A stretch of DNA of 64,000 nt from Candidatus Limivivens intestinipullorum (GTDB lineage: Bacteria; Bacillota; Clostridia; Lachnospirales; Lachnospiraceae): contig DVIQ01000099.1 in NCBI GenBank assembly GCA_018711185.1, forward strand, positions 10,380-74,379, given 5' to 3'. Under the pieces are notes generated by a model. It worked only from the letters and a program-made list of their open reading frames with translations. It did not search any database and was not told the origin of the DNA. The position numbers and the translations under genes were made by a program. Shown here piece by piece: positions 58,243 through 64,000 of this stretch (within the stretch, counting starts at the first letter, position 1; each line of letters starts with the position of its first letter).

Positions 58243-59061
58243 ATGAGAATAGGCAACCGAGAGTTTGACACAAAGAATCAGAATTATATCATGGGAATCC
58301 TGAATGTAACGCCGGATTCTTTTTCGGACGGAGGAAAATGGAACTCTTATGACGCGGCCCTTCGCCATGCCCAGGAGATGATCGGGGACGGGGCTGCCAT
58401 TATCGATGTGGGCGGCGAGTCCACAAGGCCTGGCTATACGCGCATCAGCGACCAGGAGGAGATTGAGCGGGTGGTGCCGGTGATCGAGCTTCTGAAGAAG
58501 CACTTTGATACGCCCATTTCCGTGGATACCTACAAAAGCCGGGTGGCGGAGGCAGCGCTGAAGGCAGGAGCGGATCTGATCAACGACATCTGGGGACTGA
58601 AGGCGGATGAGAAGCTGGCGGAGGTGATCCAAAGATATGAGGTTCCCTGCTGCCTGATGCACAACCGGAATGAGGAAAATTATACGTCTTTCTGGCGGGA
58701 CATGACAGCGGACTTAAAGGAAACGCTGGAAATCGCCGCCAGGGCGGGAATCCCGGATGACCGGATTATTCTGGATCCCGGCGTGGGCTTTGGAAAGACG
58801 CATCAGCAGAATCTGACGGTGGTAAACCATCTGGAGAAGCTCCATGAGCTGGGGTATCCGATTCTGCTGGGAACCTCAAGAAAGCGGATTGTGGGCTTTG
58901 CTCTGGATCTCCCGGCCGACCAGCGGGTGGAGGGAACCCTTGTGACGACAGTTTTCGGCGTGCTGAAGGGAGCCGCTTTTTTCCGGGTTCACGACGTAAA
59001 GGAAAACGTCCGGGCAGTGAAAATGGCCAGGGCGATTTTGGAAGGAAACGAGGTGGAATGA
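58243..59061 (+). CDS. folP: dihydropteroate synthase
   Basis: MGILNVTPDSFSDGG, DVGGESTRPG, DPGVGFGK, SRKR and RVHDV motifs. Confidence 0.95.
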   Translation: MRIGNREFDTKNQNYIMGILNVTPDSFSDGGKWNSYDAALRHAQEMIGDGAAIIDVGGESTRPGYTRISDQEEIERVVPVIELLKKHFDTPISVDTYKSRVAEAALKAGADLINDIWGLKADEKLAEVIQRYEVPCCLMHNRNEENYTSFWRDMTADLKETLEIAARAGIPDDRIILDPGVGFGKTHQQNLTVVNHLEKLHELGYPILLGTSRKRIVGFALDLPADQRVEGTLVTTVFGVLKGAAFFRVHDVKENVRAVKMARAILEGNEVE

Positions 59062-59879
59062 TGCCGGACAAGATTCATATCAAGGATTTGGAGCTTTTCT
59101 GCAATCACGGCGTTTTTCCGGAGGAGACAAAGCTTGGACAGAAGTTTCTGCTGTCCCTGACGCTCTATACGGATACCAGAGAGGCGGGACGGACGGATGA
59201 CCTGACAAAATCCATCCATTATGGGGATGTGAGCCATATGGCGAAAACGTATCTTCAGGAGCACACCTTTTTGCTGATCGAGGCCGCGGCGGAGGGGCTG
59301 GCGGCGCATCTTCTGCGGAATGTAGAACGTCTGGAAAGGGTGGACGTGGAACTGAAAAAACCCTGGGCCCCTGTGGGCCTTCCGCTGGATACGGTTTCCG
59401 TGGAGATTTCCAGACAGTGGCATACCGCCTGGATCGCCCTGGGCTCGAATATGGGAGACCGGAAAGGCTATCTGGACATGGCGGTGGAGACGCTGAAAAG
59501 CGCCGAGGATGTGCGGCTTCTGACCGTGTCTGAGTACATAGAGACAGAGCCCTACGGGGTGACGGACCAGGCCCCCTTTTTAAACGGCGCTCTGGTGATG
59601 CGCACGCTGGACACGCCCCAGGAACTGCTTGAGCGGCTTCACAGGATCGAGGAGAAAGCCGAACGGGTGCGTACCCGCCGCTGGGGACCAAGGACCCTGG
59701 ATCTGGATATTCTGTTTTACGATGATCTGGTGCTGGATACGCCCACTCTTCACATTCCCCACGCGGATCTGCACAGAAGGGATTTCGTGCTGACGCCCCT
59801 GGCGTCCATCACCCCCTGGAAGAGGCATCCGGTTCTCGGGAAAACCGTGGAGGAGCTAAAAGGAGAATTGCATGACTGA
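59058..59879 (+). CDS. folK: bifunctional dihydroneopterin aldolase / HPPK (FolB-FolK fusion)
   Basis: N-terminal HGVFPEE, QKFLL, SIHYG and LIE; C-terminal ALGSNMGD, ETEPYG, RWGPRTLDLDIL and IPH motifs. Confidence 0.92.
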   Translation: MMPDKIHIKDLELFCNHGVFPEETKLGQKFLLSLTLYTDTREAGRTDDLTKSIHYGDVSHMAKTYLQEHTFLLIEAAAEGLAAHLLRNVERLERVDVELKKPWAPVGLPLDTVSVEISRQWHTAWIALGSNMGDRKGYLDMAVETLKSAEDVRLLTVSEYIETEPYGVTDQAPFLNGALVMRTLDTPQELLERLHRIEEKAERVRTRRWGPRTLDLDILFYDDLVLDTPTLHIPHADLHRRDFVLTPLASITPWKRHPVLGKTVEELKGELHD

Positions 59880-61002
59880 TTTAACGGAATTGAGAAAAGA
59901 AATCGACCGGATCGACGGGGAGATGGTCCGGCTTTTTGAGGAACGCATGAAAATCAGCGGCCAGGTGGCGGAGTACAAAATCCGCACCGGGAAAAAGGTG
60001 TTTGACCGGGAGAGGGAAGAGAGCAAAATCGAAACCCTCACCGGCATGGCGGACAGTGATTTTAACCGGCATGGCATCGAGGAGCTGTTTCGCCAGATCA
60101 TGGCCATGAGCCGGAAACTCCAGTATCAGCTGCTGGCGAAAAACGGCGTGGCCGGCCGCCTGCCCTTTATCGCGGTGGACGATATCGAGCGCGCAAACAT
60201 CCGCGTGGTATTCCAGGGAGTGGAGGGGGCTTACAGCCAGGCAGCCATGAAGGCTTACTTTGGCGATCAGATTTCCTCCTTCCACGTACCCCAGTGGAAG
60301 GACGCCATGGAGGCCATCGCCGAGGGAAGCGCGGATTTTGCCGTGCTTCCCATCGAAAACTCCACGGCGGGAAGCGTCAGCGATATGTACGACCTTTTGG
60401 TAGAGTTTGAAAATTACATCGTGGGCGAGCAGATCATCCGCTGCCGGCATGTGCTCCTTGGCGTGCCGGGAGCTGACCTTTCCGATATCCGCACGGTCTA
60501 TTCCCATCCCCAGGCCCTTGCCCAGTGCCGGCAGTATCTGGATGAACACCGGAACTGGAAGCAGGTGCCTCTGGAGAATACGGCGGTGGCGGCGAAAAAG
60601 GTGGCGGATGATAAGGACCCGGCCCAGGCGGCCATCGGAAGCACTTTCGCGGGAGAGTGCTTCGGCCTTTCCGTGCTGGCGGAGCAGATTTACAGCAACG
60701 AGGCCAATGCCACCCGGTTTATCATTGTGACAAACCAGCGGATTTTCCGCCGGGACGCGAAAAAGGTCAGCATTTACTTTGAACTGCCCCACAAGAGCGG
60801 TTCCTTATATAATATCCTGTCTCATTTCATTTACAACAACCTGAACCTGGAAAAGATCGAGTCCAGACCGATCCCCGGCAGAAACTGGGAATACCGGTTC
60901 TTTATGGATTTTGAGGGAAACTTAAATGACGGCGCGGTGAAAAATGCCCTCCGGGGAATCCGGGAGGAAGCCACAAACATGTGTATTCTGGGAAATTACT
61001 GA
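59872..61002 (+). CDS. pheA: chorismate mutase / prephenate dehydratase
   Basis: LRKEIDRID (chorismate mutase), QGVEGAYS, PIENSTAGSV, SHPQALAQC, NATRF and ACT domain KIESRP. Confidence 0.92.
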   Translation: MTDLTELRKEIDRIDGEMVRLFEERMKISGQVAEYKIRTGKKVFDREREESKIETLTGMADSDFNRHGIEELFRQIMAMSRKLQYQLLAKNGVAGRLPFIAVDDIERANIRVVFQGVEGAYSQAAMKAYFGDQISSFHVPQWKDAMEAIAEGSADFAVLPIENSTAGSVSDMYDLLVEFENYIVGEQIIRCRHVLLGVPGADLSDIRTVYSHPQALAQCRQYLDEHRNWKQVPLENTAVAAKKVADDKDPAQAAIGSTFAGECFGLSVLAEQIYSNEANATRFIIVTNQRIFRRDAKKVSIYFELPHKSGSLYNILSHFIYNNLNLEKIESRPIPGRNWEYRFFMDFEGNLNDGAVKNALRGIREEATNMCILGNY

Positions 61003-61024
61003 GAACGGCAGATTGGAGGCAGCG

Positions 61025-62353
61025 ATGTATCGAATAAACGAAAGAATCCTTTACCGGGATTATGAACAGGGGCAGGATCAGATTCTTCTGGATCTGGCGG
61101 GACTGGCCTGCGGGGAAAACTGGCAGACGGAGGAGCGGATCCTGCGGGAAAAGCGGAACCTGTATTTTTCCTGTATTCACCGGCTGGTGGATCTGGCCGG
61201 GACTTACGGCTTTTCCGGAAACCTGTGGCACTGTTATCTGACGTATCTGCTGGTGCAGCATGAGAATGTGTTCAGCAGGGCCTGCGAGATCCGGGGAGCG
61301 GTTCGCGGAAGCATCAATGAGATCGCGGAGCACGACTTCGTCATCTTTATGGAACTCTTTGACTTCGAATTTGAGGAGCTAGAGCGAAAGCTTGGAACCA
61401 CAGGCTTTTCCATGATCCGCGCCTATGAAAACGCGGATGAGGGGAACAAAATTTTCAATAAGCGCGTCCGGGATCGGATCTGCCAGCTGGCGGCGCGGCT
61501 GGCGAAGGCTCCTTCTGTAGAGGAGTTCCAGAAGGATATGGTGGAGTTTTATAAGGATTTTGGCGTCGGGAAGCTGGGGCTTCACAAGGCTTTCCGGGTG
61601 GCCCATGATGAGGGCGGGGTGCATATTGTGCCCATCACCAATACCGCCCATGTCCACCTGGACGATCTCGTGGGCTATGAGATTGCCAAGAAGAAGCTCA
61701 TCGACAACACGGAAGCCTTTGTGTCCGGCAGAAGGGCGAACAACTGCCTGCTGTTCGGGGACGCGGGAACCGGAAAATCCTCCAGTATCAAGGGGATTCT
61801 TAATCAATACTATGACCGGGGCCTTCGGATTATCGAGGTTTACAAACACCAGTTCCAGGATTTAAACGATGTGATCAGCCAGATCAAGAACCGGAATTAC
61901 CGGTTTATCATCTATATGGACGACCTGTCCTTTGAGGAGTTTGAGATTGAGTACAAGTACCTGAAGGCGGTGATCGAGGGCGGCCTGGAAAAGAAGCCGG
62001 AAAACATCCTGATCTACGCCACCTCCAACCGGCGTCATCTGATCCGGGAGGAGTTCCGGGATAAGGAGGGACGCAGGGAGGATCTGCACGCGTCGGATAC
62101 GGTACAGGAGAAGCTGTCTTTGGTTTACCGGTTTGGCGTCACCATCTTTTTCTGCGCGCCCAATAAAAAGGAGTTTCAGAACATCGTGCGCACCCTTGCC
62201 GAACGGTACGGTGTGCGTATGCCGGAGGAGGAGCTTCTGCTGAAGGCAAACCAATGGGAACTTCAGCACGGAGGCCTTTCCGGCAGAACCGCCCAGCAGT
62301 TTATCGATTATCTGCTGGGACAGCCGCCCGCAAAAAGCAAAGAGGCGCTGTGA
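61025..62353 (+). CDS. DUF815-type AAA+ ATP-binding protein
   Basis: ANNCLLFGDAGTGKSS, YMDDLSFE, YATSNRRHL and SGRTAQQF motifs. Confidence 0.82.
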   Translation: MYRINERILYRDYEQGQDQILLDLAGLACGENWQTEERILREKRNLYFSCIHRLVDLAGTYGFSGNLWHCYLTYLLVQHENVFSRACEIRGAVRGSINEIAEHDFVIFMELFDFEFEELERKLGTTGFSMIRAYENADEGNKIFNKRVRDRICQLAARLAKAPSVEEFQKDMVEFYKDFGVGKLGLHKAFRVAHDEGGVHIVPITNTAHVHLDDLVGYEIAKKKLIDNTEAFVSGRRANNCLLFGDAGTGKSSSIKGILNQYYDRGLRIIEVYKHQFQDLNDVISQIKNRNYRFIIYMDDLSFEEFEIEYKYLKAVIEGGLEKKPENILIYATSNRRHLIREEFRDKEGRREDLHASDTVQEKLSLVYRFGVTIFFCAPNKKEFQNIVRTLAERYGVRMPEEELLLKANQWELQHGGLSGRTAQQFIDYLLGQPPAKSKEAL

Positions 62354-62473
62354 GACTGCTGTATGAAAAAGTTAAGGAATGAGTAAAAATGCGGCTGTTC
62401 GGATAACCGGGGTGTACTCTGGACGGCCGTGGGAAATATGGCGCCGTGAAGGCGCCGGAAGGGAGGGGCAGCT

Positions 62474-63988
62474 ATGCAGTATACGATTTTTGCTGCCATT
62501 GACATTGGCTCTTATGAGCTGGAACTCAAGATCTATGAGCTCTCTAAGGCCAGGGGCATGAAGGAACTGGACTGCGTCCGCCACAGGCTGGAGCTTGGAA
62601 CGGACACGTACTCCACCGGAAAAGTGGGACCGGAAAAGATGGAAGAGTTGTGCGAGGTGCTTTTGTCTTTTACGGGAATTATGAAAAGCTACGGGGCTTC
62701 GCAGTATCGCGCCTTTGCCACCAGCGCCATCCGGGAGGCAAAAAACAGGATCATTATCCTGGACTACATTGAAAAAAGAACCGGACTGCATATCGAAGTG
62801 CTGAGCAATTCAGAGCAGCGTTTTCTGGACTATAAGTCCTTTGCGTCCCTGGAAAATGAATTTAACCGCATTATCCAGAAGGGAACGGCGATCATCGACG
62901 TGGGAGGAAGCAGCGTCCAGATCTCCCTCTTTGACAAGGACAGTCTGGTCACCACCCAGAATATCCGGCTGGGCAATCTGCGCCTGAGGGAGCGGATGTC
63001 GGATATCGAGTACCGGTACGGCCATAAGGAACATCTCCTGGAGGAACTGGTAAATTCGGATATTACCAGCTTCCGGAAGCTGTATCTGAAGGACCGGAAG
63101 GTGGAAAACATTGTGCTGATCGGCGATTATATCAGCCAGCTTTCGGACTCCACCTCTGTGAGCAGGGATGACTTCATGGGGATTTACGACCAGGTGCTCC
63201 ACAATACGGCCAGCACTGTGGCTTTAAAATACGGACTTCCCGAGGAGAGCGTCTCTCTGATTATTCCGTCTCTGGTGATCTATAAGCGCTGCATCGAGGA
63301 ATTTGGCGGCGAGACCGTCTGGATGCCGGGCCTTGAGCTCAATGATGGAAACGCCTATGATTTCGCCAGAAAGAATGGGATCATCCGTTCCGGGCATAAT
63401 TTCGATGAGGATATCGTGGCCGCGGCCCGGAACATGGCAAAGCGCTATCAGTGCAGCAAAAGCCATATCCGTCTTTTGGAGAACGCGGCCATGGCCATTT
63501 TTGACCGTACGAAGAAGATCCATGGCCTTGGGGCCAGGGAGCGCCTGCTTCTGCAGATCGCGGTGATCCTTCACGGGTGCGGGAAGTACATCAGCCTTTC
63601 CGATGTGGCGAATTGTTCCTACAGCATCATCATGGCGACGGAAATCATCGGACTTTCCCATAATGAGCGGGAGATTGTGGCAAACGTGGTTAAATACAAC
63701 ACGCTGCCTTTTGCCTACTATGAGGATGGAGGATACAATATTTCTGTGGATGAGTATCTGACCGTTGCCAAGCTGGCGGCGATTCTGCGGGTGGTGAATG
63801 CCCTGGACCGCAGCCACAGGCAGAAGTTTACCGGGATAAAGGTAGCGTTAAAAGATAAGGAACTGGTGATTACCGTTGAGACGACAGAGGATATCTCCCT
63901 GGAACGGGGCCTGTTCGCGGAGAAAGCGGAGTTTTTCGAGGAAGTCTACAGCATCCGTCCGGTGCTCCGCCAGAAGAAGAGTGTATAG
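62474..63988 (+). CDS. Ppx/GppA family exopolyphosphatase with C-terminal HD domain
   Basis: AAIDIGS, ATSAIREAKN, SNSEQ, IDVGGSS and VILHGCGK motifs. Confidence 0.88.
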   Translation: MQYTIFAAIDIGSYELELKIYELSKARGMKELDCVRHRLELGTDTYSTGKVGPEKMEELCEVLLSFTGIMKSYGASQYRAFATSAIREAKNRIIILDYIEKRTGLHIEVLSNSEQRFLDYKSFASLENEFNRIIQKGTAIIDVGGSSVQISLFDKDSLVTTQNIRLGNLRLRERMSDIEYRYGHKEHLLEELVNSDITSFRKLYLKDRKVENIVLIGDYISQLSDSTSVSRDDFMGIYDQVLHNTASTVALKYGLPEESVSLIIPSLVIYKRCIEEFGGETVWMPGLELNDGNAYDFARKNGIIRSGHNFDEDIVAAARNMAKRYQCSKSHIRLLENAAMAIFDRTKKIHGLGARERLLLQIAVILHGCGKYISLSDVANCSYSIIMATEIIGLSHNEREIVANVVKYNTLPFAYYEDGGYNISVDEYLTVAKLAAILRVVNALDRSHRQKFTGIKVALKDKELVITVETTEDISLERGLFAEKAEFFEEVYSIRPVLRQKKSV

Positions 63989-64000
63989 TGGAGGGAATGG

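Noticed and set aside
63989-64000. RBS-like GGAGGG plus ATG at the window edge
   Set aside because: Probably the start of the next gene, but four bases cannot support a call.

Overview
A 64 kb chromosomal window from a moderately GC-rich Clostridia/Lachnospiraceae-like gut Firmicute (inferred from gene content and style). It is mostly housekeeping and metabolic genes: partial pyrB, uxuA plus a mannonate oxidoreductase, an Asn-type T-box ahead of a non-discriminating aspS-gatCAB operon, a GH31 glycosidase, MscS, TcdA, TrkAH, a polar amino-acid ABC transporter, a J-domain/DUF5685 gene trio, a TtcA-like gene, a partial corrinoid methyltransferase module with flavodoxin, an MBOAT/DHHW/SGNH O-acylation cluster next to rmlA-B-D, a MerR-methyltransferase fusion, a P-type ATPase, a Tyr T-box with tyrS, a NagB-glycosylasparaginase fusion, a BspA-like LRR surface protein, a folate operon with an embedded HD gene, pheA and ppx. 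I saw no CRISPR array, rRNA, tRNA, prophage or intact transposase. The most notable signals are: (1) a MerR-type promoter (TTGCAG, 19 bp spacer containing a perfect dyad, TATAAT) in front of the rml genes and directly downstream of the MerR-SAM-methyltransferase fusion gene; (2) the NagB-glycosylasparaginase fusion; (3) an HD hydrolase between folE and folP; (4) six dispersed 29-bp palindromes and a related 143-bp MITE-like element. All product calls come from motif recognition only; no database searches were run.
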